DNA from: an uncultured Verrucomicrobiae bacterium
GTDB taxonomy: Bacteria; Verrucomicrobiota; Verrucomicrobiia; Chthoniobacterales; UBA10450
Assembly (NCBI GenBank): GCA_963801255.1
Contig: CAWDEC010000006.1
Location: forward strand, 650,898-714,897
DNA length: 64,000 nt
Reading direction: 5' to 3'
The notes below the pieces were generated by a model. The model was given only the letters and a program-made list of their open reading frames with translations. It ran no database searches and was not told the DNA's origin. The position numbers were made by a program, and so were the translations under genes. Shown here piece after piece: positions 1 through 10,461 of the stretch; the first letter of the stretch is position 1, and each line of letters starts with the position of its first letter.

Positions 1-803
1 CGCCCTTCTGCCGCAACTTCCTCCATGGCGAGTCCGTCATCGCGTGCGCAAAGGAATGCTTCGCGCGCGGCGTCGAGCGAGTCCAGTTCGATGGTTTCTA
101 TCTCGAAACGGGTGAGCGGGAGCCGCAAAGAAGCCATTTCCTTTTCACGAGCCTGGGGCGAGAGAAGCGCGGCGGTGTCACGGCAAAAAATGGCCTCCAG
201 TGTGAGCATTTCGCAAAACCACGACTCGTCGCGTCCGGCTTTCGTCAGCCAGTCGAGCAGCATTTCGACAGGGACTGAAGTGCGCTCGAAAAAGCGTGTT
301 TTCTCCGCGGCAATCAGGTCGGGATCGACCTGCTTTCCGTCCACTTCCCGCGCAGCGGCAACACGCCAGCTGAAACGCTCGGCCATGCGCCCGATTTCGC
401 GAGAGAGAATCAATTCCGCGACGAGCAACTCGCGCAATTCGTTGGGCGCAGTCAAGTAATCCCGGGCCTCCGGCTCGAGGTCATCCGATTGTTCGCCCCA
501 ATAATGCCTGACGAAAAAAGCGCCAAAATCGCCTAACGAAAGACCGCGGTCGCTTAACCACTGCTCGGTCTCTTCGGCGGTAATGAGATCGTGCTCGTAA
601 CGGAACCTCTCGGCCGCGGCGTCAATCGTTTCATCGCTGCATTCCAGTTGATGCTCATCAGCCCGCTGTTCGGCGGCGAGAAGTCGAAGAAGGTTGTTCC
701 AGGCCGATTGCAGCTCGCCGCGAAAAAGCGCAGCATCGAGCAGGTCGCCAAGAGTGAAAACGCGATCGCCGCAAAGGAAAACGACCTTTTGGTCGATTGC
801 CAT
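1..803 (-). CDS. hypothetical protein, N-terminal part only (gene runs off the left edge)
   Basis: Absent from the supplied ORF track because it is truncated. Hand translation of the minus strand from ATG (801-803) gives MAIDQKVVFLCGDRVFTLGDLLDAALFRGELQSAWNNLL... I checked that no TTA/CTA/TCA occurs in this frame down to position 3. The + strand ORF 25..459 is an S/R-rich shadow of it. Confidence 0.55.
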   Translation of the reverse strand, partial: MAIDQKVVFLCGDRVFTLGDLLDAALFRGELQSAWNNLLRLLAAEQRADEHQLECSDETIDAAAERFRYEHDLITAEETEQWLSDRGLSLGDFGAFFVRHYWGEQSDDLEPEARDYLTAPNELRELLVAELILSREIGRMAERFSWRVAAAREVDGKQVDPDLIAAEKTRFFERTSVPVEMLLDWLTKAGRDESWFCEMLTLEAIFCRDTAALLSPQAREKEMASLRLPLTRFEIETIELDSLDAAREAFLCARDDGLAMEEVAAEG

Positions 804-908
804 CATTGCCGTTTCACACATCCCCGAACAGTTGTTCTGGGGATAACCTATTATATTTCGACCGATGTCGAGCCAAACCCCGCAGGAAGTATCGACTGCG
901 CGCTCAGC

Positions 909-1949
909 TTACGACCAGTCGAGCACGATCTTTCCCGAGTTACCCGATTTCATCAGTTCGATCGCTTCCTTAAATTCGGTGTAGGGGAAGCGGTGGGTGA
1001 TGACCGGCGAAATGTCGAGCCCGCTCTGGATCATGGCTGTCATTTTGTACCAGGTTTCATACATTTCCCGGCCGTAGATTCCTTTGATCGTTAGGCCATT
1101 AAAAACGACCAGATTCCAATCGATCGCCGCCGTATCTGGCATGATGCCTAACAATGCGATCTTTCCGCCGTGAAACATCGCCGGCAGTAGATCGGCCATC
1201 GCTTGCGGGCTGCCTGACATCTCCAGCGCGACATCAAACCCCTCTTTCATTCCCAACTCCTGCATTGCGTTGGCGAGATCGCCTTTCCGCACATCAAGCG
1301 CGTGCACGTTTCTCGCCATCTTTTTTGCCAACTCAAGACGATAGGGATTTACGTCGGTGATGACGATGTTGCGGGCGCCGGCGTGGCGCGCGATGGCCAC
1401 TGCCATACAACCGATCGGGCCCGCTCCCGTGATCAGCACGTCCTCGCCTACGAGATCGAAGGAAAGCGCGGTGTGGGTCGCGTTCCCGAACGGATCAAAA
1501 CAGGAGAGTACGTCGAGCGGAATCTTCGAGTCGGCGTGCCAGACGTTTGACATCGGAATGGAGAGAAACTCCGCGAATGCGCCCTGCCGATTCACGCCGA
1601 CGCCTTCGGTGTTTGGGCAAAGATGCCGCCGTCCGGCGAGGCAATTGCGGCAGTGTCCACAGACAATGTGGCCTTCGCCGGTGACGAGGTCGCCTGGGGC
1701 GAAGCCCTGCACACGTGCGCCGACACGTTCGATGACGCCGACATATTCGTGGCCGACGACCATCGGTACTGGGATCGTTTTTTGCGACCAGGCGTCCCAA
1801 TTGTAGATATGGACGTCAGTCCCGCAGATCGACGTCTTCTTGATTCGGATGAGCACATCGTCGTCGCCGACCGGGGGCACCGGCACTTCTTCCAGCCAGA
1901 GGCCTGGCTTGGCCTCCTTTTTCACGAGCGCGCGCATCGTCTTTTGCAC
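909..1949 (-). CDS. tdh: L-threonine 3-dehydrogenase (Zn-dependent MDR family)
   Basis: 346-aa ORF with GHEYVG, CGHCRNC and GAGPIG motifs. Full-length resemblance to Tdh. Confidence 0.9.
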   Translation of the reverse strand: MQKTMRALVKKEAKPGLWLEEVPVPPVGDDDVLIRIKKTSICGTDVHIYNWDAWSQKTIPVPMVVGHEYVGVIERVGARVQGFAPGDLVTGEGHIVCGHCRNCLAGRRHLCPNTEGVGVNRQGAFAEFLSIPMSNVWHADSKIPLDVLSCFDPFGNATHTALSFDLVGEDVLITGAGPIGCMAVAIARHAGARNIVITDVNPYRLELAKKMARNVHALDVRKGDLANAMQELGMKEGFDVALEMSGSPQAMADLLPAMFHGGKIALLGIMPDTAAIDWNLVVFNGLTIKGIYGREMYETWYKMTAMIQSGLDISPVITHRFPYTEFKEAIELMKSGNSGKIVLDWS

Positions 1950-2010
1950 GGCAGAAGATTAGGCGAATCAGGAAGCCAGGAAAACAGGAAAGTGGACGCC
2001 TAGACCAGCG

Positions 2011-2373
2011 TTATCCCTTTGGCTCCCAAAGCTCGATTGGATTGCCTTCGGGATCACAGAGACGAGCGAAGCGGCCGTTGGGATAATCTTCCGGCTCGGT
2101 CACTTCGATTTTCGCTGCGCGCAACTGACCGATGATGGCATCAAGGTCGCGCACGCGAAAGTTGATCATCCATTGTCGATCGGCACTGCCGAAATACTGC
2201 GTATCCTTCTCGAAGGGCGCGAAAGCCGTCGGCCCTGCCTCTTGCGACCAGGGCTCTGTCTCATAATCCCCCGGCACCATATTGATGCCGAGATGCTCGA
2301 GATACCATTGGCCTAATGACGTCGGGTCCTCTGCACGAAAGAAGAAACCACCGATGCCGACAACTCGTTCCAT
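2011..2373 (-). CDS. VOC/glyoxalase family protein
   Basis: C-terminal 120 aa of ORF 2011..2481. Start moved to the internal Met (MERVVGIGGFFFRAEDP...) because the longer form overlaps the upstream gene and is Arg-rich. Confidence 0.7.
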   Translation of the reverse strand: MERVVGIGGFFFRAEDPTSLGQWYLEHLGINMVPGDYETEPWSQEAGPTAFAPFEKDTQYFGSADRQWMINFRVRDLDAIIGQLRAAKIEVTEPEDYPNGRFARLCDPEGNPIELWEPKG

Positions 2374-2422
2374 GCTCCCGGCAATCCTTTTTCTTCGAAG
2401 TCGATCAGATTGGACGCGCTGC

Positions 2423-4669
2423 TTATGGGCTGAGGTTGTAGGTCTCGACCAGGCCGATACCTGTTCCGCCGGCCTTTCCACTTAGAATCGCGGTGTAAGT
2501 GCCCGGACTCAGAGTCGTCAGAATGGCCGACTCACGATCGTCGGTTGGCGCGAGTTTAGTGGCTTCAATCGCTGCCTCCTGAGAGTCTTTCCAGTTATCG
2601 TTGGATTGAAGCACCGTGCCGTTGGAATCATGTAGCTCGAGCACCGGATCCTGTAAGGTTCCTGCTACCCCGACGCTGGCAAGCGATGGACCGATACCGC
2701 GAAGAAGTACCTGAGTATCCACGGTTCCCAGGACAATCACGCCGCCGATCATGACATCGTCTCCGGTTTGCACCAGCCCTCGAGTGGAGATGTTAGCGAG
2801 CTTGGAATCCACGGTGCGATCGACGTCGTAGACCTCGACCAGGGCGACGCCCGTTTCGCCGGCAACTCCCTGGACAATTGCGGTGTAAGCTCCCGGCGCA
2901 AGAGTCACTAGGAGCGCCGATTCAGCATCGTTCGTTGGGGCGAGGCCCTTGTCGATGATGGCTTGCATCTTAACGCCGGTCTTCCAGTTGTCGTTCTTAG
3001 CGACAAGTCCGCCAGCCTGGTCGTGTAACTCGAGGAAAGGATCGCCTAAGGCACCGGCGACGGGAAGGGAAGGACCAAGGGCGCGGACAACGACGTCTTT
3101 CGACTGGGTTCCCGTGACGATGAAGCCGCCAATAAGGACGTCATCGCCCGTTCCGACACTCAGTCGGGTCGAGATGTTGCCTAGCTGGACAGGGTAGAAC
3201 GGCGTCGGTGATGGAGTGGGTGTCGCTGTGGGCGTTGCGGTAGGCGTTGGAGTTAAAGTAGGAGTTGGTGTGGGCGACGGAGTAGGTGTCGCCGTTGGGG
3301 TTGGAGTAGGAGTTAGAGTAGGAGTCGGCGTTGCGGTTGGAGTGGGTGTAGGGGTCGGCGTCGCGGTTGGAGTTGGGGTAGGAGTCGGCGTAGAAGATCC
3401 GGCCGGCACGATCCGAAAGACGTTTCCGTTGATATCGGTGAGATAAAGCTCTCCCAAAGCATCCTCACCCATTGAAGTCAGCGCACCCAGGGTATAACCC
3501 CCGATGCGTGTCGGGAATAGCTCGGAGGTAATTTCGGTAAAGCCAGAAGCTGTCCCATTGCTGTAGGTAAGGGTGAAAACATGACCCGTGAAGTCACTTC
3601 CTGGCCCGAAGCAATCGCCGAAAACGTAAAGGTTCTTCAGGTTAGTAACACTTCCGCGATAGATATAGCCGCCGATGACGCAGGAGCCGGTCGCGCCATG
3701 AGTGTAGTCGTAGATCGGATCGACGGCATTAGGTGGCGGTGGATCATCGGGGTAATGCATATTTTGCACCGAACCTTCGCGAACCCGCCATCCATAGTTT
3801 TCTCCGCCTCCTGGGTTCGAACCCAGTTGTGTGTCTACTTCTTCGCGCGCGGTTTCGCCGACGTCTCCGATCAACATGTCGCCGTTGTGAAGGTCAAAGC
3901 TGGCACGAAACGGGTTCCGGAGACCGTAGCAAAAGATCTCCTGCTTGTTCGTGTCAGACCCGACAAAGGGGTTATTAGGCGGAATAGTATAGCTCCCGTC
4001 GGCTTCTACGTGGATGCGTAGCATCTTGCCCAGCAGGACCGTCGTGCTTTGGGCAAAGCCGCCCGGCGGAGCGTTGGAACCATCATCCTCCTTCAGGCCG
4101 CCATCGCCGGAGGAGATATACATATTATTATCATCGCCGGACCGCGGGCTAAAGCCGATCCAATCGAAGTTATGGTCGTGATCGGGTTGGTCGGCGCTAA
4201 TCACCACCAGTCGGCTCTGCGGGTCGGCTACGTTGGGGTCGGAAGTAACCTGGAATCGCGCGACGTAGGAAACGCCCGCACTAAAAACGCCGCCCGAATT
4301 GGTAGTGTAGGATACGTAAAAGAAACCATTGGTGGAGTAATGCGGATCGAAGGTCATGCCGAGAATACCTGTTCCCGAGCCCTGACCAACTATGGCTGTG
4401 ATATCCAGATACGGAGTGGGAAGCACGGTGTTGGTCGTGAGGTCAATGATCTTGATCTTGCCACCTTGTTCAGGCACAAAAATGCGGCTGGTATCGCCCG
4501 CCGGCGCACAGACGTAAAGCGGGATGGTTAATCCAGTCGCGATGCGGTTTGCTTCCGCCCCGGTCTGGCCGCTGGCCGCCGTCAGGGCAAAAGCCATCAT
4601 CGGAAGAAGAAGCGCGAAAAGTCGGCCTCGGACATTACGTGCGAGGCGATGAGATATAATGAACTTCAT
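2423..4669 (-). CDS. secreted PQQ-dependent sugar dehydrogenase-like beta-propeller protein with PT linker and two tandem C-terminal ~115-aa domains
   Basis: 748-aa ORF. It has an N-terminal signal-like hydrophobic segment and sorbosone/glucose dehydrogenase-like motifs ([20 protein letters not shown]). A (PT)n linker follows, then the duplicated NISTR...GDDV.IGG...DNWK domain. Confidence 0.75.
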   Translation of the reverse strand: MKFIISHRLARNVRGRLFALLLPMMAFALTAASGQTGAEANRIATGLTIPLYVCAPAGDTSRIFVPEQGGKIKIIDLTTNTVLPTPYLDITAIVGQGSGTGILGMTFDPHYSTNGFFYVSYTTNSGGVFSAGVSYVARFQVTSDPNVADPQSRLVVISADQPDHDHNFDWIGFSPRSGDDNNMYISSGDGGLKEDDGSNAPPGGFAQSTTVLLGKMLRIHVEADGSYTIPPNNPFVGSDTNKQEIFCYGLRNPFRASFDLHNGDMLIGDVGETAREEVDTQLGSNPGGGENYGWRVREGSVQNMHYPDDPPPPNAVDPIYDYTHGATGSCVIGGYIYRGSVTNLKNLYVFGDCFGPGSDFTGHVFTLTYSNGTASGFTEITSELFPTRIGGYTLGALTSMGEDALGELYLTDINGNVFRIVPAGSSTPTPTPTPTATPTPTPTPTATPTPTLTPTPTPTATPTPSPTPTPTLTPTPTATPTATPTPSPTPFYPVQLGNISTRLSVGTGDDVLIGGFIVTGTQSKDVVVRALGPSLPVAGALGDPFLELHDQAGGLVAKNDNWKTGVKMQAIIDKGLAPTNDAESALLVTLAPGAYTAIVQGVAGETGVALVEVYDVDRTVDSKLANISTRGLVQTGDDVMIGGVIVLGTVDTQVLLRGIGPSLASVGVAGTLQDPVLELHDSNGTVLQSNDNWKDSQEAAIEATKLAPTDDRESAILTTLSPGTYTAILSGKAGGTGIGLVETYNLSP
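3200..3391 (-). repeat. low-complexity coding tandem repeat (Pro-Thr linker, ACN-CCN units)
   Basis: Translates on the minus strand to [65 protein letters not shown]. The antisense strand gives the artefactual GV-repeat ORF 3216..3446. Confidence 0.9.
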
Positions 4670-4746
4670 AAATTTGGTGCGCGGGGGGTTCCAGTTTTAC
4701 TACTTGCGTGTGCTACATACAAGGAAAGAATTGACCCGACTCCGAG

Positions 4747-5700
4747 GTGGACATTTCCACCTGGACTGTGATGATGCAGACCGGAATGTCCGCCACGCTC
4801 GAGAAACCTGCCCCTCCGGCGCCGACCGCGCGGCTGACTTTTATCTTCCGTTTTGCGAGCACTATTGTGCTCTGGACGGTTGCCCTCCTGATCGTGTTCT
4901 CGGGCTACGAGCTGGCCTTTTTTGCCCTCATCGGTTCGGTGGGGTTGATTGCGCTCTGGGAGTTTTATCGCATGCTCGATCACCGCGGGCTCCCGAATTT
5001 CAAGATCACCGCCATGATCTGCGGGGCGGCGATGCTGGTGGGGAGCTTCTACTATTTCTCAGTCTATGGGCCGGCCCGCTCCTACGACTATGAAATGGCG
5101 GTACTGCTTTTCTTTCTCCTGACGGTTTTCACCCGGCAGATGTTTAGCGGGCTGCGGGATGACGCGCCATTAAGGACGATGTCCTATACGCTTTTTGGGC
5201 TGCTCTATGTGCTCTGGCTCTATAATTTTATCACGAAGATCGTCTACGTAACGCCACGCACGCCCGCGGGCGCGACTACGGGGCAGTTCTACGTCTTCTA
5301 CTGCATCGCAATCACAAAGTTCTCCGATATGGGAGCCTATCTGACGGGGAGCCTGATCGGACGGCATCCACTCGTTCCCCACATCAGCCCCAAAAAGACC
5401 TGGGAGGGGTTTTTTGGAGCGATCGGTTTTTCGCTCCTGGCGAGCATGGGATTATTTGCGCTCATGCCCGGGCATCTCGCGGTCTTGAATTGGACGCACT
5501 CGATCGTACTCGGGCTCTTGCTGGGTTTCGCGGCGGTGGTTGGAGACTTGGCCGAATCCATCCTCAAGCGCAGCACCGGCGTGAAGGATTCCGGAAACAT
5601 GCTACCGGGAATCGGTGGAGCGCTTGATTTGGTCGATAGTCTCCTCTTCACGGCGCCGTTGCTGTTTTTTTATCTGCGGTTGGTAATCGGAGTGCCCTAA
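4747..5700 (+). CDS. cdsA: phosphatidate cytidylyltransferase (CDP-diglyceride synthase)
   Basis: 317-aa polytopic ORF with the C-terminal SxxKRxxGxKDxGxxxPGHGGxxDR-like signature (SILKRSTGVKDSGNMLPGIGGALDLVDS). It sits directly upstream of dxr as in many bacteria. The exact start is uncertain. Confidence 0.85.
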   Translation: MDISTWTVMMQTGMSATLEKPAPPAPTARLTFIFRFASTIVLWTVALLIVFSGYELAFFALIGSVGLIALWEFYRMLDHRGLPNFKITAMICGAAMLVGSFYYFSVYGPARSYDYEMAVLLFFLLTVFTRQMFSGLRDDAPLRTMSYTLFGLLYVLWLYNFITKIVYVTPRTPAGATTGQFYVFYCIAITKFSDMGAYLTGSLIGRHPLVPHISPKKTWEGFFGAIGFSLLASMGLFALMPGHLAVLNWTHSIVLGLLLGFAAVVGDLAESILKRSTGVKDSGNMLPGIGGALDLVDSLLFTAPLLFFYLRLVIGVP

Positions 5701-5771
5701 GGACAGGATTAGCAGCATTGTCAGGATAGATTCGTCCGATCCTGTTTAGTCTTCTAAGTCCTGTCTCACCT

Positions 5772-6932
5772 ATGAAGCGAAAAAGAGTCGTGGTGCTCGG
5801 GGCGACCGGCTCGATCGGCGAAAGCGCGATTAAGGTCGCTCGCGACATTCCCGAGCGCATGGAAATTGTCGGCCTGGCGGCAAAGTCGAACGCCCGCAAG
5901 CTGGCTGTGCAAGCTAATCTCGTTAGGCCGGAAGCGATTTGCCTCGTCGAGGAAGGAAAGCTCGGAGAACTCTGCGCAAATCTCGAATATCATCCGGCGA
6001 TTTTCACGGGCGAAGATGGTCTGATCGAAATCGCCCGCCTGGCGAACGCTGAAATGGTGCTGGTGGCCGTTGTCGGCACCGGTGGGTTGCGTCCGGCACT
6101 GGCGGCGATCGAGGCTGGCAAAGATCTTGCGGTGGCGAGCAAAGAAATTCTCGTCATGGCTGGTGAAGCGGTCATGAGCGCCGCGGAAGGCAGAGGCATT
6201 CGCGTCCTGCCGGTCGATAGCGAGCATAACGCGATCTTTCAATGTCTCGACGGGCGCTCGTCGGAGGTAAAACGGATTATCCTGACTGCCTCGGGTGGCC
6301 CTTTCCGTGAAACCTCGAGCGAAAAATTTGCCACTATCACGCCGGAGCAAGCCCTGAAGCATCCAACCTGGAACATGGGACCCAAGATCACGATCGATTC
6401 CGCGACGCTTTTCAACAAAGGGCTCGAGATGATTGAGGCGCATTGGCTTTTCGGTGTCGAAATGGCGCGAGTGGAAGTCATCATCCATCCGCAAAGCATT
6501 GTGCATTCGATGGTCGAGTTCACTGATGGTTCCGTTCTCGCCCAGCTCTCGCATTCCGATATGTGTTTCCCGATTCAATATGCCGTGACGTGGCCGGAAC
6601 GGGTGGCAAACACTCTGCCGCCGCTCGATTTCCACGCCTTGGGCAAGCTGGAGTTTGCTGCGCCGCGTCTGGTCGACTTTCCTGCGCTCAACCTCGCGAG
6701 ACGTGCGGGCGAAACCGGCGGGACACTCCCGGCGGTAATGAACGCTGCCAATGAGGTTGCTGTCTCAGCCTTTCTCGATCGCCAGATTTCCTTTCCGCGT
6801 ATCTGGCAAATGGTCGAGGAAGTGATGAATCGCCACGCGCCAATTGCCAACCCGACCCTCGATGCCATATTGGAGGCCGACCGTTGGGCGCGGCAGGAAG
6901 CCGCCAAAAGCGTTGTCGATTCGGGCCATTAA
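5772..6932 (+). CDS. dxr: 1-deoxy-D-xylulose 5-phosphate reductoisomerase
   Basis: 386-aa ORF with the GATGSIG NADPH motif, plus DSEHNAIFQC and the NKGLE motif. Confidence 0.95.
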   Translation: MKRKRVVVLGATGSIGESAIKVARDIPERMEIVGLAAKSNARKLAVQANLVRPEAICLVEEGKLGELCANLEYHPAIFTGEDGLIEIARLANAEMVLVAVVGTGGLRPALAAIEAGKDLAVASKEILVMAGEAVMSAAEGRGIRVLPVDSEHNAIFQCLDGRSSEVKRIILTASGGPFRETSSEKFATITPEQALKHPTWNMGPKITIDSATLFNKGLEMIEAHWLFGVEMARVEVIIHPQSIVHSMVEFTDGSVLAQLSHSDMCFPIQYAVTWPERVANTLPPLDFHALGKLEFAAPRLVDFPALNLARRAGETGGTLPAVMNAANEVAVSAFLDRQISFPRIWQMVEEVMNRHAPIANPTLDAILEADRWARQEAAKSVVDSGH

Positions 6933-6947
6933 TCATCCATCGAGCGT

Positions 6948-8354
6948 ATGTTGTCGCACGCCCTTCGAATCATCTTTATCCTACTGGAGGTTGTCCTCCT
7001 TTTTAACCTTCTCATCGTGGTGCATGAGCTGGGCCATTTCCTCGCCGCCCGCTGGCGTGGCCTGGTAATCGAGAAGTTCGCGGTCTGGTTTGGCAAGCCG
7101 ATTTGGAAAGCAAAGATCAACGGTGTCGAGTATTCGTTAGGCACGTTGCCGTTTGGCGGCTTTGTTTCTCTTCCGCAACTCGCTCCGATGGATATCATCG
7201 AGGGCGAAACGGAGACAGACCGTAGCAAGCTGCCGCCGGCATCGGCGCTCGATAAGATCATTGTTGCCATCGCCGGACCGATCTTCAGTCTGCTCCTCGC
7301 CTTGGTTTTTGCTGCCATCGTCTGGGGCGTAGGTCATCCTGTAAGCGAGGCCGACACAACAACCGTGATTGGTTTTGTTGAAGCGGGCTCACCCGCCGAA
7401 AAGGCAGGTCTGAAACCCGGAGATAAAATTCTCGAGGTCGATGGCAAAGCGGTGACGCGCTTTTCCGGCATGAGCGATAGCGTGACGTGGAATGTGATCC
7501 GGAGCGAAGGCGACTCGATTCTGTTCGTCGTCGAGCGCAATGGCCAGCGTATCACCACTTCGGTCGTGCCCTATATTGCGCCGAGCAGCGGTTGGCGGCG
7601 CAAAAGCGTGCGGCAGGTGCTGATTTATCCCGCGACTCTGCCTGTGATCGATGAAGTGCAGCCGAAGACGCCGGCGGCCGCTGTCGGTCTGCAACATGGC
7701 GACGTCATCCGTGGCTTAAACGGTCACCGCATTTATAGCCCGGTCGCGCTCAGCGCCTGGCTGGAAAATCATCCGAATCAGCCCGTCGTGCTCGACGTCG
7801 ATCGGCGCGGCCAGCAGCTTCATCTGACGGTTAAACCCGAGGTTTTGCCCAACGAAAAGGCACCACGCATCGGCATTGCCTGGGATACTTCCGGCCAGAC
7901 GAGCATTTCGCATCCGAATCCGGTGGAACAGGTCTACAACAGCGTTACCAGCACGCTGGAAACAATTGGCGCGGTCGCGTCTCCGAAGTCGGACGTGAGG
8001 CTGCAGCATCTGAGCGGTCCACTCGGCATCTTTCGCATTTACTATTTGCTCTTCGAAAATGAGCGCGGCTGGCAGCTGGCGTTGTGGTTTAGCGTGATCC
8101 TGAACGTCAATCTCGCCATCATCAACATGTTGCCGATTCCCGTGCTGGATGGCGGTCACATTCTCCTCGCGCTCGTGGAAGCCGTACGACGCAAACCCGT
8201 TAACATTCGTGTTCTCGAAGTTGTGCAAACTGGCTGTGCCGTGCTGATCATCGGTTACATTTGCTACATCAGCTTCTTCGACGTTGGCGATATGATCGGC
8301 GACAAACGGGAAACGACTCGACCACTTCCGACTCCGCAGGCGGCCAAGCCTTGA
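6948..8354 (+). CDS. rseP: RIP metalloprotease RseP (site-2 protease, M50)
   Basis: 468-aa ORF with HELGH near the N-terminus, PDZ region(s) and a C-terminal NxxPxxxLDGG motif (NMLPIPVLDGGH). Confidence 0.9.
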   Translation: MLSHALRIIFILLEVVLLFNLLIVVHELGHFLAARWRGLVIEKFAVWFGKPIWKAKINGVEYSLGTLPFGGFVSLPQLAPMDIIEGETETDRSKLPPASALDKIIVAIAGPIFSLLLALVFAAIVWGVGHPVSEADTTTVIGFVEAGSPAEKAGLKPGDKILEVDGKAVTRFSGMSDSVTWNVIRSEGDSILFVVERNGQRITTSVVPYIAPSSGWRRKSVRQVLIYPATLPVIDEVQPKTPAAAVGLQHGDVIRGLNGHRIYSPVALSAWLENHPNQPVVLDVDRRGQQLHLTVKPEVLPNEKAPRIGIAWDTSGQTSISHPNPVEQVYNSVTSTLETIGAVASPKSDVRLQHLSGPLGIFRIYYLLFENERGWQLALWFSVILNVNLAIINMLPIPVLDGGHILLALVEAVRRKPVNIRVLEVVQTGCAVLIIGYICYISFFDVGDMIGDKRETTRPLPTPQAAKP

Positions 8355-8458
8355 GCCGTTGCGCCGCTGATTCCTTCCCAATACAGTGAACAGAGTATGA
8401 CGTTGGGAGGGACTTCTAACCAATTTCGAAAGGCAACGGCACCCCACGACCGGAAACA

Positions 8459-10285
8459 GTGAAAAACCTTCTGACAAGCGCTTTTTCCGCCCGCCGCCGT
8501 CGGTCGCGTGAAGTGCTCGTCGGGCCCGTCGGTATCGGCGGCGACAATCCGATCCGTGTGCAGTCGATGATCACCTGCGACACGATGGATACGGAGGCTT
8601 CAATCGGGCAAACGATCGAGTTGGCAAAGGCCGGTTGCGAGATCGTCCGTATCACCGCGCCAACCGTAAAGGACGCGGCCAACCTGCAACATATCGTTGA
8701 GGGATTACGCCAGCGTGGCTGTGACGTACCGATCGTGGCCGATATTCATTTCAAACCTGAGGCCGCCTTGGAAGCAGCCAGGTGGATAGAGAAGGTGCGA
8801 ATCAATCCTGGCAATTATGCCGACTCGAAGAAATTCAAGATCATCGAGTATAGCGACGAGCAATACGCCGCCGAGTTAGACAGGATACGCGAGCGTTTCA
8901 CGCCGCTCGTCAGGCTGTGCCAGGAACGTGGCATCGCGATGCGTATCGGCACAAATCACGGCTCGCTCAGCGACCGCATTATGAACCGTTACGGCGACAC
9001 ACCGCTCGGGATGGTCGAGAGCGCGCTCGAGTTCGCCCGCATTGCTCGCGAGCTCGGTTATCACGCGTTCATCTTTTCGATGAAATCGAGCAACCCCAAG
9101 GTCATGATCGCAGCTTATCGCCTGCTCGTCGCACGACTCGAGGAAGAAGGGTCGGACTGGAATTATCCCATCCATCTCGGCGTCACCGAAGCGGGCGAAG
9201 GCGAGGACGCGCGGATAAAAAGCGCGATCGGGATCGGTTCCCTTTTGCAGGATGGAATCGGCGACACAATCCGTGTTTCGCTCACCGAAGACAGCATCCA
9301 TGAAATCCCAGTCGCGCAAGCGCTCGTGGAGATGGTGTCGACGCGCGACTCGGAAGGCGCAACTCGACATGTATCCGCGATCGAAGGTCAATATGGTTTC
9401 GACCCCTTTTCTTACCGCCGACGCGAGAGCAGCGTGATTAAAGTCGTCGGGATCGACGACGACGTTTTGTTAGGCGGCGGCGAAACTGTCCGGGTTGCCA
9501 TCCGCCAGGACAATTTTGAAAAGGTCGCGCACAAGCTTGATCGCATGGGCGATTTCAAGCCCGAATTCATTTATGAGGAGTCCGGTATTGTGGAAGTCGA
9601 TCCACGCGATGACGCAGGCATCGCGGCCGTAAACCAAAGCTCGGACCTTAAGCTGGTGACGGTTGCGGACGGGCTCGACTTGCCTGTGGTCGGCGCCTAT
9701 CGCTTGCTCGCGACTCGCTTGGAACCGCGGCATCCGATCCTGCTCAAAGATAGTCTAACGATTTCCAAGGACCCGGCAGCTGATTTCCTGCGCACTCTCC
9801 TTCGTGCGGCGACGAACATTGGTGCACTCCTTTGTGATGGAATCGGCGACGCAATTCTCGTCCAAGGCGAGCATGGGCCTGGGCAGGCATTGCGTTTGTC
9901 TTATAACATTCTCCAGGGAGCCGGGACGCGTATTTTTAAAACCGATTACGTGGCCTGTCCGTCATGCGGGCGCACGTTGTTCAACCTGCAGACCACCACG
10001 GCACGCATTAAGGCCGCCACCCTTCATTTGAAAGGAGTGAAGATCGCGATCATGGGCTGTATCGTGAATGGTCCGGGCGAGATGGCCGACGCCGATTTTG
10101 GTTATGTAGGCGGCGCTCCCGGGAAAGTGAATCTCTACGTCGGCAAGACCGCGGTGAAATTCAACATTCCTGAAGTCGAAGCAGTCGATCGCTTAAAGGA
10201 TCTCATTCGTGAGCATGGCAAATGGGTGGAACCACCGGCCGACACGTCGTCCACGCTACCGGCAGCCGCATTGGCAAACGGTTAA
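8459..10285 (+). CDS. ispG: 4-hydroxy-3-methylbut-2-enyl diphosphate synthase, long form with inserted domain
   Basis: 608-aa ORF with a TIM-barrel N-terminal part (IRVQSM, RITAP, ADIHF, RINPGN). It has a large central insert and a C-terminal CPSCGR...GCIVNGPGE cluster motif. Confidence 0.9.
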   Translation: MKNLLTSAFSARRRRSREVLVGPVGIGGDNPIRVQSMITCDTMDTEASIGQTIELAKAGCEIVRITAPTVKDAANLQHIVEGLRQRGCDVPIVADIHFKPEAALEAARWIEKVRINPGNYADSKKFKIIEYSDEQYAAELDRIRERFTPLVRLCQERGIAMRIGTNHGSLSDRIMNRYGDTPLGMVESALEFARIARELGYHAFIFSMKSSNPKVMIAAYRLLVARLEEEGSDWNYPIHLGVTEAGEGEDARIKSAIGIGSLLQDGIGDTIRVSLTEDSIHEIPVAQALVEMVSTRDSEGATRHVSAIEGQYGFDPFSYRRRESSVIKVVGIDDDVLLGGGETVRVAIRQDNFEKVAHKLDRMGDFKPEFIYEESGIVEVDPRDDAGIAAVNQSSDLKLVTVADGLDLPVVGAYRLLATRLEPRHPILLKDSLTISKDPAADFLRTLLRAATNIGALLCDGIGDAILVQGEHGPGQALRLSYNILQGAGTRIFKTDYVACPSCGRTLFNLQTTTARIKAATLHLKGVKIAIMGCIVNGPGEMADADFGYVGGAPGKVNLYVGKTAVKFNIPEVEAVDRLKDLIREHGKWVEPPADTSSTLPAAALANG

Positions 10286-10461
10286 TGCCTCCGCGCGATC
10301 TCGTTGCCTAACGATCATCGCGGGAAAGCAATCTTGAGGCGTTTACTGGACCGTTTCGTTCTCGTTCGCTCCCGCCTTCTCGAAGGTTGGGATTAAAAAC
10401 TTTCGTCTCAGGTAAAATTTCCTTGTCAGCTAGGTGACATTTCTGTCATTGTCAGAGTCTC

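Noticed and set aside
25-459. Numerous long ORFs antisense to, or out of frame with, the called genes. Examples are 25..459, 1357..1806, 5766..6635, 13674..14510, 38579..39655, 43441..44331, 48139..48960 and 60875..61816.
   Set aside because: They are Arg/Ser/Pro/Gly-rich with no recognisable motifs. They fully overlap well-supported genes and are typical shadow ORFs of GC-rich DNA.
3216-3446. GV-repeat ORF, and a possible CRISPR-like or tandem DNA repeat.
   Set aside because: It is the antisense reading of the Pro/Thr linker. The units are 6 nt and degenerate, with no spacers, and they are embedded in a continuous 748-aa ORF.
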